Origin: Candidatus Iainarchaeum sp.
GTDB taxonomy: Archaea; Iainarchaeota; Iainarchaeia; Iainarchaeales; GCA-2688035
NCBI GenBank assembly: GCA_017610175.1
Contig: JAFCCO010000003.1
Coordinates: 16,137-80,136 of the forward strand
Length of the DNA: 64,000 nt
Reading direction: 5' to 3'
Positions 37,123 through 46,340 of the stretch are shown here, in pieces (position 1 is the stretch's first letter; each line of letters starts with the position of its first letter). Under the pieces are notes generated by a model, which was not told the DNA's origin, ran no database searches, and saw nothing but the letters and a program-made list of their open reading frames with translations. Both the position numbers and the translations under genes were made by a program.

Positions 37123-37491
37123 ATGAGTCTGAAATTAAAACGCCAAACACTTGAAACCATCTGCGAGGCCTCAAAAAACGTTTACCCAAAAGAATTCATT
37201 GCAATGCTTGGAATGAGTGAAGGAAAAGCAATTGATGAAATAGTGGTATTGCCGGCAACCTTTGGAGAAAACTTTTCATCAATTCGCACAGACTTGCTCC
37301 CTGTTGATGCAAGCGTCGTGGGTTCAGTGCATTCACACCCCTCACCCCACCCTTATCCAAGCGGAGCAGATTTAAATGTTTTCAGAAAAACAGGAAAAAT
37401 ACATTTAATAATTGCTTACCCCTTTTCTTTTAAGAGCGTAAGGGCATTTGATGCAAAGGGCATTGAATTACAGCTGGAAGTGGTTGAGTGA
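37123..37491 (+). CDS. JAMM/MPN+ metalloprotease
   Basis: 'VGSVHSHPSPHPYPSGADL' gives H-x-H-x7-S-x2-D (JAMM), with the upstream Glu in 'YPKEFIAMLG'. Confidence 0.7.
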   Translation: MSLKLKRQTLETICEASKNVYPKEFIAMLGMSEGKAIDEIVVLPATFGENFSSIRTDLLPVDASVVGSVHSHPSPHPYPSGADLNVFRKTGKIHLIIAYPFSFKSVRAFDAKGIELQLEVVE

Positions 37492-39008
37492 AAAAAGTAA
37501 TCTTTGTAATAAGGGACGGGTGGGGCTACAGGAAAAGCAAGGAAAACAATGCAATAGCAAAAGCAAATACCCCTAATACAGACCGTTTAATGCGCGAATA
37601 CCCAAATACCCTGCTTGGATGCACTGGAAAAGCCGTCGGACTGGCAGACGGATTTCAGGGAAATTCAGAGGTCGGGCACTTGACGATTGGGGCGGGGAGG
37701 ATTATTTTCCAGCCAATGGAGAGAATAAACAAATCAATTGAAGACGGTGATTTCTTTGAAAACAAGGCATTTCTAGAGGCTGTTGAAAACTGCAAGCGCA
37801 ACAAAACAAGCCTGCACCTGATTGGATTGCTGCAAAGCGAAGGGGTGCATGCACACGAAAAGCATCTTTATGCCCTGCTTGAGCTATGCAAGAGAGAGAA
37901 CCTTGAAAACATACGGGTTCACGTGGTTACCGATGGGCGGGATGCGCCGGTAAACGACGGAATAAAACATGTGAGAAAATTAAAGGAAAAAATGAAAGAG
38001 CTTGGGATTGGAAAAATTGCCACACTCTCAGGGCGATACTTTACAATGGACCGTGATAAGCGATGGGACCGCACAAAAAAAGCATATGACTGCATTGTAA
38101 ATGCAGAATGCGGTGAGTTTGGGGAAATAGAAAAAAAGATAGGGGAAAATTATGCAAAAGGCGAGACAGACGAGTTTGCAGAACCCGTTAAGACAAAAGA
38201 TTATTTGGGAATTAAGGAAAATGATTCAGTTATATTCTTCAACTTCAGAACAGACAGGCCAAGGCAGTTGACCCAGGCAATAGTTGAAAAAAAATTCGAC
38301 GGCTGGAAAAGGAAAGCGATGAACGTTTTCTACGTTGGAATGACCTCTTATTATAAGCCAATGAATGCAAAAGTCGCATTTGGGAACATAAAAATTGAAA
38401 ACCTACTTGGGCAAGTTGTGAGCGAGTCTGGAATAAAACAGCTCCGCATTTCTGAAACCGAAAAGTATGCACACGTAACCTTCTTCTTCAACGGGCAAAT
38501 AGAAAAACCGGCCAAGGGGGAGGATCGCCTGCTTGTGGCTTCACCAAAAGTTGCGACCTATGATTTAAAGCCTGAAATGAGCGCTTTTGAAGTTACAGAA
38601 AAGCTGGTTCGGGAAATAAAAAAAGACAAATACGGCTTCATTGTTGTGAACCTTGTGAACTGCGACCTTGTTGGGCACACGGGCAAAGAAAAAGCTTCAT
38701 TGAAAGCCGCTGAAACTGTTGACAACTGTGTTGGGCAAATTGTGAGTGCCGGGCTTGAAAAAGATTATGTGCTCTTTATATTTGCGGACCACGGGAACCT
38801 TGAGGACCAAAGCGACGAGTGGAGAACATCACACACAAAGAACAAAGTACAGTTTATGCTTATTTCCAATGCCCCTGAGCTAAAAAATGCAAAACTTATT
38901 GAAGGAAAGGGCTTGCAGGACATTGCACCAACCGCAATTGAGCTGATGGGATTGGAGAAACCGGCTGAAATGACAGGTAAAAACCTTGTATCAACGAGCC
39001 GACACTAA
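37488..39008 (+). CDS. gpmI: 2,3-bisphosphoglycerate-independent phosphoglycerate mutase (iPGM)
   Basis: 506 aa. 'IRDGWG', 'NSEVGHLTIGAGR', 'HLIGLLSEGVHAHEKHL', 'VTDGRDAP' and 'FADHGN' are characteristic of GpmI. Confidence 0.85.
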   Translation: MKKVIFVIRDGWGYRKSKENNAIAKANTPNTDRLMREYPNTLLGCTGKAVGLADGFQGNSEVGHLTIGAGRIIFQPMERINKSIEDGDFFENKAFLEAVENCKRNKTSLHLIGLLQSEGVHAHEKHLYALLELCKRENLENIRVHVVTDGRDAPVNDGIKHVRKLKEKMKELGIGKIATLSGRYFTMDRDKRWDRTKKAYDCIVNAECGEFGEIEKKIGENYAKGETDEFAEPVKTKDYLGIKENDSVIFFNFRTDRPRQLTQAIVEKKFDGWKRKAMNVFYVGMTSYYKPMNAKVAFGNIKIENLLGQVVSESGIKQLRISETEKYAHVTFFFNGQIEKPAKGEDRLLVASPKVATYDLKPEMSAFEVTEKLVREIKKDKYGFIVVNLVNCDLVGHTGKEKASLKAAETVDNCVGQIVSAGLEKDYVLFIFADHGNLEDQSDEWRTSHTKNKVQFMLISNAPELKNAKLIEGKGLQDIAPTAIELMGLEKPAEMTGKNLVSTSRH

Positions 39009-39041
39009 TTTTAAATAGTAGCTAAGGCTTAATACTAGCGC

Positions 39042-39446
39042 ATGAAACGCGGCCAAGTTAGCTTTGACTTTATCCTTGCAGTAATCGTTGCACTGGTTTT
39101 CATTTCAGGCCTGCAGCTTCTCAATACAGAAATACAGCAAACACAGAAATTTGCAGCAGTGAGAAACCAGGAAAAGGCAATTGCCCTGCAGGTTCACGGA
39201 ATAATTTCAACCGCGAAAATTCTTGACGAAGCGGGTGCAATTGTAGACATAGAATATGAAACTGTAAAAATGCTTGTCCCAGGGGAAGCAATACTAAGCG
39301 GCTGCACAATAGACCTGCAAAACAAACAAGTGATATACAATCTTAATGGAACAAATGTAGTTACGAACATCCCGGATTTTGATGCAGGCAATTTAATAAT
39401 CCCAAACCAGGTTGACTGCGGGGACATGTTATCAATAACAAAATGA
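39042..39446 (+). CDS. Pilin-like protein (class III signal peptide)
   Basis: 'MKRGQVSFDFILAVIVALVFISGL' with an RG|Q site. Confidence 0.5.
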   Translation: MKRGQVSFDFILAVIVALVFISGLQLLNTEIQQTQKFAAVRNQEKAIALQVHGIISTAKILDEAGAIVDIEYETVKMLVPGEAILSGCTIDLQNKQVIYNLNGTNVVTNIPDFDAGNLIIPNQVDCGDMLSITK

Positions 39447-39946
39447 TTGGATTGATTGAATTGAACAAAAAAGGGCAGATATTTTCACTGGATTTTCTAA
39501 TTTCATTGATAGCGGTAACACTCGCGATAGGGCTGTTGCTGCAAATGAGCGAGCTAAAGGCTTACAATGAAAAAGAGGAAGCCGCATGGCAAAAATTAAA
39601 GCAGCTGGGTGAAACCGCTTCAAGGCTCCTTGTAAACAACCCGGACATAATATGCGACGTTGACAACGGCGCAAGCGATTTTGTCATAAGCAACTGCATT
39701 GACTCAACAAAAACAATTAACAGGGCAGCCCTTGGTCTGCCTTTAGATATTGGGTTTTCAGTTAAAAGCCACGGCCCTGTTCCAGCCATAGATGAAAGCT
39801 CCGGTGCCCGCGGAGTGGATGCCGACTATTACTCGGTTAAGAGAACAGTTGTTGTAAACAACAGCCAGGTTTCAAAAGCAAATTACCTCAATCAGACATT
39901 CACAGAGGGTCCGTATGAAATAGTTTTGGCGGTGTGGAAAGAATGA
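39443..39946 (+). CDS. Pilin-like protein (class III signal peptide)
   Basis: 'MIGLIELNKKGQIFSLDFLISLIAVTLAIGLLL'. The start overlaps the upstream stop. Confidence 0.5.
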   Translation: MIGLIELNKKGQIFSLDFLISLIAVTLAIGLLLQMSELKAYNEKEEAAWQKLKQLGETASRLLVNNPDIICDVDNGASDFVISNCIDSTKTINRAALGLPLDIGFSVKSHGPVPAIDESSGARGVDADYYSVKRTVVVNNSQVSKANYLNQTFTEGPYEIVLAVWKE

Positions 39947-40257
39947 ATAGAGGGTTTATCTTTACCATAGACGCGGCACTTAGCCTGATTTCAGTAATGA
40001 TACTTGCGCTTCTCTTTACTTCCTACTTTGATACCGCGGAACCAAAAACAGATTTATACGAAAAGGTGGAAATCAAAGCAAGCGATGCGGCAATTGTTGG
40101 AAACCACCTTAACCGGGACGCAGTTGGAATGGGTGTTTCCGCAAGTATGCCTGCAAACAGTGAATTTGTTGCATGCCGCAAGTCATACAGGTTTAATGCA
40201 GGATCCCCAACATCTGTTACTGAAAACAAATATTGCGTGGGGTCGGCGACGCCATGA
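39934..40257 (+). CDS. Pilin-like protein (class III signal peptide)
   Basis: 'MERMNRGFIFTIDAALSLISVMILALLF'. Overlaps its upstream neighbour. Confidence 0.45.
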   Translation: MERMNRGFIFTIDAALSLISVMILALLFTSYFDTAEPKTDLYEKVEIKASDAAIVGNHLNRDAVGMGVSASMPANSEFVACRKSYRFNAGSPTSVTENKYCVGSATP

Positions 40258-40748
40258 AAAAAGGACTTTATTCAGGAATAATAGCGCTTAGCGCACTTGT
40301 GCTGGCGGTGGCACTTACATCAAGCGCAAGCCAGGCAATTGCCGCGAAAGATGCCGCAATTTATGAAAATGCAATAGTTGACGTTAAAACAAGCTGGCAA
40401 AATGCACGCGCGGTACTTGATGAACTCACAAGCGAATCAATTGCCGAGCACATTGAAACCAATGGCTGCTTATACAGTGACCCATCAGCCCAGCTAAGTG
40501 CGGATTACTTCACTGCGCTTGACAATATGTGGGATGGCAAATGCACTTTCATAAGCGCAAACGCAATTGAAACAGTGCCCGGACAGGTGGATGTAGATGC
40601 AAGATTTTCATGCGCCCTTATTTTTGGAACCAAATTCAGCGCGCTCTACGACCAAAGAACAACATTCAGCAAAAGCTATGATACAAGCGGCCTCTGTGTT
40701 ACTGTGACAGATATTGCGTCCGGCAGGGTTGAGGCAACCAGACCATAG
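40233..40748 (+). CDS. Pilin-like protein (class III signal peptide)
   Basis: 'MKKGLYSGIIALSALVLAVAL' from a possible internal start at 40254. Overlaps its upstream neighbour. Confidence 0.45.
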   Translation: MRGVGDAMKKGLYSGIIALSALVLAVALTSSASQAIAAKDAAIYENAIVDVKTSWQNARAVLDELTSESIAEHIETNGCLYSDPSAQLSADYFTALDNMWDGKCTFISANAIETVPGQVDVDARFSCALIFGTKFSALYDQRTTFSKSYDTSGLCVTVTDIASGRVEATRP

Positions 40749-42518
40749 CTATTGGTAATAGTACTTTCCCTTCTTTTTCTGTTCAACGTCTTTCTGGCTT
40801 CCCAACTTGTTTGCACGGGGTCTGCCTGTGCTTGGGTCGCGCCTGAATGACATGCCCATTTCCCGGAGGAAACGGTTCATTCCAACCTTCTTTTCAAGAG
40901 GGGCTGAAGCAATACCATGCTTTGCAGACTCACCGGAAAAGACAATCAGGCTGTCGCTTACATAATCCTGGAAAAGAATGTCGTGGTCAACAACCAAGGC
41001 GACCTTGCTTTTCACAGCAACAACGCTCTTGATTGCGTCCGCAACCCTCAGCCTGTCCTCCACATCAATGAATGCAGACGGCTCATCAAGAAGCAATAGG
41101 TCACTTTCAAGAGCAAGATTGTAGGCAACACTTACTTTTTGCAGCTCACCGCCACTCAGTTCAAAAAGGGGCTTTTCAAACAAGCGCTTTACCTTAAGCC
41201 TTCGTTCAATTTCAAGTTCAAAAAGATCCTTATCAATTCCGGATTTAAACAGGCTTGAAACAAGGGAATCATTTGGTTTTAGGTATTGTGGCTTGTAAGC
41301 AACCTTTAAGGAAAAATCAAGCTGGGCATTGTCCGGCTTAATCTCTGACGCAAACATTTTCACAAGAGTTGTCTTTCCAATGCCGTTTGGGCCCATTAGG
41401 CCAATTACCTCTCCCTTTCCAAGGTCTCCGGCCTCAACCTCGAGTGAAAAGTCCCCTAGTTTTTTCTCCAAAGCAGGGTATTTTGCAATCGTTTCCTTCT
41501 CAGTTTCCTCTGTCGCAGCACGCACACTGAAATGAAGTTCCTTTTCCCTGAAACGCATGTTTTCATCTCGGAGGAAACCGTCTAGGAACTCATTAATTCC
41601 GTTAAGTGTGCTTTTTGGATTTCCAACAATCCCGTAGACCGCAGGGGTTCCGTAAATTATGTAAATAATGTCGCTCAAATAATCGAGAACGGCAAGATCG
41701 TGCTCTACAACCACAACGTGTTTGCCTGATTCCGCCACCGTTCGGATAAGTTTTGCCGCATTGAGCCTCTGTCTGACATCAAGATAGGAAGATGGCTCGT
41801 CAAGGAAGTAAACGTCCGCGTCTTTCAGCAGGCAGGCCGCAATTGCAATTCGCTGCAACTCCCCGCCTGAAACCTTTGAAATTTCGTGGTCGAGAACAGC
41901 TGCAATCTCAAGCTCTTTGGAAAGGGGACCAAGCTTTGAGCGTTCATCAACTTTTGAAAGCAAATCGCGGACAGTTCCGCTGAATTTTTCAGGAATTACA
42001 TCTACATTCTGCGGCTTGTAAGAAAGTTTTAAACCACCCCTGGCAAGTGAAGTGAAGAAAGCCTGCTCTTCCCTGCCCTTAAAAAACTGGATTACGCGTT
42101 CATAATCCGGGTCTTCATTAAATTTTCCAAGGTTTGGAACAATCGCGCCTGAAAGAATGTTGAGAACCGTGCTCTTTCCGATTCCGTTTCGACCAAGGAT
42201 TCCGGCAACCGCCCCCTTCTTTGGGGCAGGCAAGCCGTAAAGCCTGAAAGTGTTTTCGCCAAACTGGTGCAATGGCGGGGTTTTTCGCTCCGATGCTAGA
42301 TTGATTACGGTTATGCAGCCGGTTGGGCATTTTTTAGGGCAAATTCCGCACCCAATGCAAAGTTCCTCACTTATAACCGGCTTATTTTCTTCATTCAAAA
42401 CAATGCATTCCTTCCCCGAACGGTTAACCGGACAGACGCCTCCGCAAATGAAGGAGCAGCCCTCCCCGTTAATGCACCTTTCCCTGTCAATTACCGCTAT
42501 TCTCTGCATAAAAAACAT
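40749..42518 (-). CDS. abcE1: ABCE1 (RNase L inhibitor / Rli1) ribosome-recycling ATPase
   Basis: N-terminal 4Fe-4S ferredoxin cysteine clusters 'CINGEGCSFICGGVCPV' and 'CIGCGICPKKCP', followed by two ABC NBDs with Walker A and signature 'LSGGELQ' twice. Confidence 0.9.
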   Translation of the reverse strand: MFFMQRIAVIDRERCINGEGCSFICGGVCPVNRSGKECIVLNEENKPVISEELCIGCGICPKKCPTGCITVINLASERKTPPLHQFGENTFRLYGLPAPKKGAVAGILGRNGIGKSTVLNILSGAIVPNLGKFNEDPDYERVIQFFKGREEQAFFTSLARGGLKLSYKPQNVDVIPEKFSGTVRDLLSKVDERSKLGPLSKELEIAAVLDHEISKVSGGELQRIAIAACLLKDADVYFLDEPSSYLDVRQRLNAAKLIRTVAESGKHVVVVEHDLAVLDYLSDIIYIIYGTPAVYGIVGNPKSTLNGINEFLDGFLRDENMRFREKELHFSVRAATEETEKETIAKYPALEKKLGDFSLEVEAGDLGKGEVIGLMGPNGIGKTTLVKMFASEIKPDNAQLDFSLKVAYKPQYLKPNDSLVSSLFKSGIDKDLFELEIERRLKVKRLFEKPLFELSGGELQKVSVAYNLALESDLLLLDEPSAFIDVEDRLRVADAIKSVVAVKSKVALVVDHDILFQDYVSDSLIVFSGESAKHGIASAPLEKKVGMNRFLREMGMSFRRDPSTGRPRANKLGSQKDVEQKKKGKYYYQ

Positions 42519-42606
42519 CTCTGTTGATTCAATAACAGAATAAGCATTAATATAGATATTTTATTCAAAAAAGCATTTAAAACTGTTTAGATGCCATTAA
42601 TTTTAC

Positions 42607-43650
42607 ATGCGCATTCTCAAAATCGACTACAAAACCAAAGAGCTGAAGGTTGTCCCGGAAATTAACGATGACCTATGGCATTTGGAGAGAATAATCGAAC
42701 CGCACGATTTGGTTAGCGGAAGCACTAACCGCAAGATAAAGCCAAAGGAAGAGGGCTCAAAGCAAATCAGGGTTAACCTATTTTTAACAATTGATGTTGA
42801 AAAAATCGATTTTCGAAGGGAAACAGGAAATTTGCGCGTTACGGGAAACATTCTTGAGGGAAAGCCCGCAGAACTTATTGAAACCGGAGCCTCGCACAGC
42901 ATAGAAATCGAGCTTGGAAAGGAACTCTCAATTAAAAAAAAGGAGCTGAAAAAGTTTCAAATTGAAAGGCTTGAGAAAGCAAAGAAGGCAAGCACTCAGG
43001 GAAAGGTATTGCTTGTTGTGCTGGATGACGAACAGGCGGATTTTGCTTTGCTAAAAGAATTCGAGCTCGAACGAAAAGGAATGTTGAAAAGCGGCAAGAC
43101 AGGAAAGATGTACGAAACAGAGCCTGTGAGGGGCAACTATTTCAGTGACATAATTAAAAGAATTGAGGAAGCAAAGCCTGAGAAAGTTGTCGTTGCAGGC
43201 CCGGGCTTTGCAAAGGAAAAGCTTCACAAATTAATCGATGAAAAAAAGCCGAAGGGAATCCAGTTTTTTTACGGCGCAACAAACAGCACGGGAATTACAG
43301 GACTGCAGGAACTAATTAAGGCAAAAGGCTTTGAAAAGATAATTCAGGAAATGCAGCTGGTGAAGGAAACAAAAATTGTTGAAAGCATTTTTGCAGAACT
43401 TGGAAAGGGCTCAGGGCTTGTGGAATACGGTTTTGAACAGGTGAAGAATGCGGTTGAAGTCGGTGCTGTAAAGGAATTGCTGGTGGTTGATACCCTGATG
43501 CTTGATAAGAGGAGCGAAGTTGAGCCCCTAATGGAAAAAACCGAGCAGATGAAGGGCGAGGTTCACCTTATTGACGCCGAAAATGACGCGGGAAAGAAGC
43601 TTGAGTCAATGGGCGGGATAGTTGCATTTTTAAGGTACAGGCTGAATTAA
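42607..43650 (+). CDS. pelA: Pelota/Dom34 ribosome rescue factor
   Basis: 'MRILKIDYKTKELKVVPEINDDLWHLERII' N-domain, an eRF1-like central domain ('VVAGPGFAKE') and a C-terminal domain ('GFEQVKNAVEVGAVKELLVVD'). Confidence 0.85.
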   Translation: MRILKIDYKTKELKVVPEINDDLWHLERIIEPHDLVSGSTNRKIKPKEEGSKQIRVNLFLTIDVEKIDFRRETGNLRVTGNILEGKPAELIETGASHSIEIELGKELSIKKKELKKFQIERLEKAKKASTQGKVLLVVLDDEQADFALLKEFELERKGMLKSGKTGKMYETEPVRGNYFSDIIKRIEEAKPEKVVVAGPGFAKEKLHKLIDEKKPKGIQFFYGATNSTGITGLQELIKAKGFEKIIQEMQLVKETKIVESIFAELGKGSGLVEYGFEQVKNAVEVGAVKELLVVDTLMLDKRSEVEPLMEKTEQMKGEVHLIDAENDAGKKLESMGGIVAFLRYRLN

Positions 43651-44010
43651 CTACCTTATCCTGAATTCCAGCCACTCGATTTTTTTCTGATTTACAAGGC
43701 CCTTAATCTTCTGCTGCAGAGGGGAGAGGGTGCTGTTTGCCGCCTTGAATTCACAAAAAATTATCGAGTCCTCGTTGAATGCAACCCCGTCAATTGGGCT
43801 TCCGAGAAAACGGAAGTTCTCGGCATTGAACGGAATGTCCTCAATGAACGGCACAAACTGCTCGGTCATCTTCCCGTATTTTACGGACTGGCTTTTTTTG
43901 CTGAACTCAAGCTCTTCAACACGCAATTCAAGGGCGGTTGCTTTTCTAAAAAAAATGAACGCAAGAATTGCAAGCAATACAACAAACAGTGTAAGGATTA
44001 GTTCAAGCAT
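43651..44010 (-). CDS. Membrane-anchored PD-(D/E)xK nuclease-fold protein (Hjc-like core)
   Basis: An N-terminal TM ('LILTLFVVLLAILAFIFF') is followed by a small domain with 'PIDGVAF...IIFCEFKA' (D...ExK spacing). Confidence 0.35.
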   Translation of the reverse strand: MLELILTLFVVLLAILAFIFFRKATALELRVEELEFSKKSQSVKYGKMTEQFVPFIEDIPFNAENFRFLGSPIDGVAFNEDSIIFCEFKAANSTLSPLQQKIKGLVNQKKIEWLEFRIR

Positions 44011-44021
44011 TTGAAATCGCT

Positions 44022-44369
44022 TTAGTAATATTTTGTGCCCTCGCCGGTTAAGACAACAAGCTTGAATGTTTTTTTGGATTCCTTCAAAGCGGCGAGAAGA
44101 GCCATGTGCTCCTTGCCCGAACCGCTGATTATTGAAACCGCAAGCTCTTCCTTTGGAATGCCTGCCTTAATTTCTTCCTTTACAACTTCGAAACTTGCCC
44201 GGTTGTTGATTATTACCCACTCAACATCTTTTTGAAGTGAAAAGTTTTCCTTACTCCACTCACTCCCCACAAGAATTATACGGCCCCACTCTTCCTCCGC
44301 AATAAGCCTTCCAACATGCCCCCATGTCCCCTTTCCGATTCCAAGCAATGCAATTAAAGCTTTTCCCAT
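44022..44369 (-). CDS. Hypothetical small protein (115 aa)
   Basis: Gly-rich N-terminus 'ALLGIGKGTWGHVG' and an alternating beta/alpha pattern. No assignable family. Confidence 0.3.
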   Translation of the reverse strand: MGKALIALLGIGKGTWGHVGRLIAEEEWGRIILVGSEWSKENFSLQKDVEWVIINNRASFEVVKEEIKAGIPKEELAVSIISGSGKEHMALLAALKESKKTFKLVVLTGEGTKYY

Positions 44370-44408
44370 AAAAAAACCTAATAAAATTGTGCTAATAATG
44401 CTTAAAAG

Positions 44409-44717
44409 CTATTCTATTGTAAAGCTCTCCCTTGCCCTTGCATAGATCTTAAGCAAATCGTGCCCTTTTTCAGTGAGGGAATACATATACTGTTGGGCAA
44501 TAAAAAGCCTTGTAACAAGGCCTGTGTCAATTAGAGACTGGATCATAACCCGCAAATCCTTATCGTCAACCCTTGGAAAACTGGAATTAATCTTGTCTTC
44601 AGGAATTGAACCCTCTTTTAAGGCATTCAGCAAAGAAATGAAAAGCTCTGATTTGGCAAGCTCGTTAAGCTCGGGGTGTTTTTCGATGAAAAGAATGAAT
44701 TCATCTTTTGCAGGCAT
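44409..44717 (-). CDS. Hypothetical small protein, possible winged-helix
   Basis: 102 aa. 'LRVMIQSLIDTGLVTRL...YSLTEKGHDLL' resembles a wHTH recognition helix and wing. Confidence 0.3.
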   Translation of the reverse strand: MPAKDEFILFIEKHPELNELAKSELFISLLNALKEGSIPEDKINSSFPRVDDKDLRVMIQSLIDTGLVTRLFIAQQYMYSLTEKGHDLLKIYARARESFTIE

Positions 44718-44737
44718 AAAGAAATAAACTGCTTTGC

Positions 44738-46321
44738 CTAATTTAAAGGTTTGGATACAAAAACTCCGTCCCTCTCAAAACCCTGCGAAAAGTAATACTG
44801 CTTTGTTCCAAGCGAACTAATTACAAGAAGCTTCTTTGCATTAAATTCGTCAACGGCGATTTCCTCAGCCATTTGCAAAAGCCTTTTTCCAAAACCACTG
44901 TGCTGAATCTCGTTAAATTCGTGCTTTCCCAGCGGGAGCGCCTTGCCAAAAACACGAAGCTCACGCACTATTGCAGTGTCCCTTGAAATTTCTTTTCGAA
45001 AAGGGGTGTTTGGAAAACGCATCCTCAAAAATCCAAAAAGATTTTCCCGCTGCTTATCCTCAAATGAAATGAATTTTTCAGTTCCACCGCTTGCATCATA
45101 GCCCTCAACAAACTCCTTTGGAGCCCCAGGACTTTTACTCTTAGAATTTCTTAAACGCAATCCGACTTCACGGCAGCGAATGCACGAACACTTTATCCCG
45201 CGCTTTTCAGCCTCAAACTGCGCCATCTGCCGCAGGTTTGTTCGGTCAACCCCTGCAGAAACAACAGTGCTTGGAATGTCCCTTTGGATTCTCATTATTC
45301 TTGCCCAGTAAGGCACAAACTTTTTGAGCTTCAGAACAAGCTCAATTGCCTGTGCGGTATCAATTGGTTCAAAACGACCGGCCCTCCAGTCCCTGAAAAG
45401 CTTTGTGTTGGGCATAACAAGGCAGGGATAAAGCTTAAGCGAATCTGGCTTGAAATCAGGATTTGAAAAAAGTTCCCTCAAAGAATCAATATCCTGGTCA
45501 AGACTTGTGCCGGGCAAGCCGGGCATAAAATGATATGTAACTTTGAATGCGCTGTCCTTTAGCAAAGCGGTTGCATTTACAACATCTTTAACGCTGTGCC
45601 CTCTTTTAATGAGCTTGTAAACGCGGTCGCTAATTGTTTGAACCCCGAGTTCACACCTGGTCCCGCCAAAACCAAGCATTGAATTAATCTCTTTTTTGCC
45701 GCAATAATCCGGCCTTGTTTCAAAAGTAATCCCCGTTATTCTGCGCTCGGAAGTTAGGGCGGCATCCCTTGCAGAATCAATCTTTCTGGCCCTGGAACCT
45801 GTAATTGCATTAATGCATGAAACCATAAACTTTTCCTGGAATTTTGCGGGCTGGGAAAGAAAGGTTCCGCCCATCACAACCAGCTCAATCTTTTCCGTTG
45901 AATGCCCTGTTTCATACAACTGCTTAAGCCGGCTTTTGGCCTGTGTTGTCGGATTAAAATCAGCGCTGACCGCGCGCATGGCGGCAGGCTCCATCCCAGT
46001 ATAACTTTTGGGAAGGTCTTTTCCCTCAAGCAAAGACCCGGGGCAATAAATGCATTTGCCCGGGCATTTGTGGGGTTTTGTCATGACCGCAACAACCGCA
46101 ATCCCTGAAAGGCTTCTGGTGGGCTTAAGCATAAGAAATTTAAGGTGCTTTGAATTCCGATTCTTTGAAAACGAAAGAATTGTGGGGTTGGACGGCGTGC
46201 CTTGAAGCCGGTGTTTTTCAGCAAGCCTGTTTTTTGTTCTGCCCAATGCGTCCCTGTCTTTTATCTTGCCCTGCTCAAGCAGTTCAAGCAGTTCTTTTGA
46301 AAAAGATTCTATTTTGTCCAT
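44738..46321 (-). CDS. elp3: Elp3 (radical SAM plus GNAT) tRNA wobble uridine modification enzyme
   Basis: Radical SAM 'CPGKCIYCPG', a central Elp3 core and a C-terminal GNAT 'HSGFGKRLLQMAEEIA'. The likely start is the internal Met ('MDKIESF'); the ORF extends to 46363. Confidence 0.85.
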   Translation of the reverse strand: MDKIESFSKELLELLEQGKIKDRDALGRTKNRLAEKHRLQGTPSNPTILSFSKNRNSKHLKFLMLKPTRSLSGIAVVAVMTKPHKCPGKCIYCPGSLLEGKDLPKSYTGMEPAAMRAVSADFNPTTQAKSRLKQLYETGHSTEKIELVVMGGTFLSQPAKFQEKFMVSCINAITGSRARKIDSARDAALTSERRITGITFETRPDYCGKKEINSMLGFGGTRCELGVQTISDRVYKLIKRGHSVKDVVNATALLKDSAFKVTYHFMPGLPGTSLDQDIDSLRELFSNPDFKPDSLKLYPCLVMPNTKLFRDWRAGRFEPIDTAQAIELVLKLKKFVPYWARIMRIQRDIPSTVVSAGVDRTNLRQMAQFEAEKRGIKCSCIRCREVGLRLRNSKSKSPGAPKEFVEGYDASGGTEKFISFEDKQRENLFGFLRMRFPNTPFRKEISRDTAIVRELRVFGKALPLGKHEFNEIQHSGFGKRLLQMAEEIAVDEFNAKKLLVISSLGTKQYYFSQGFERDGVFVSKPLN

Positions 46322-46340
46322 AGATAAAGACCGTTTGGGT

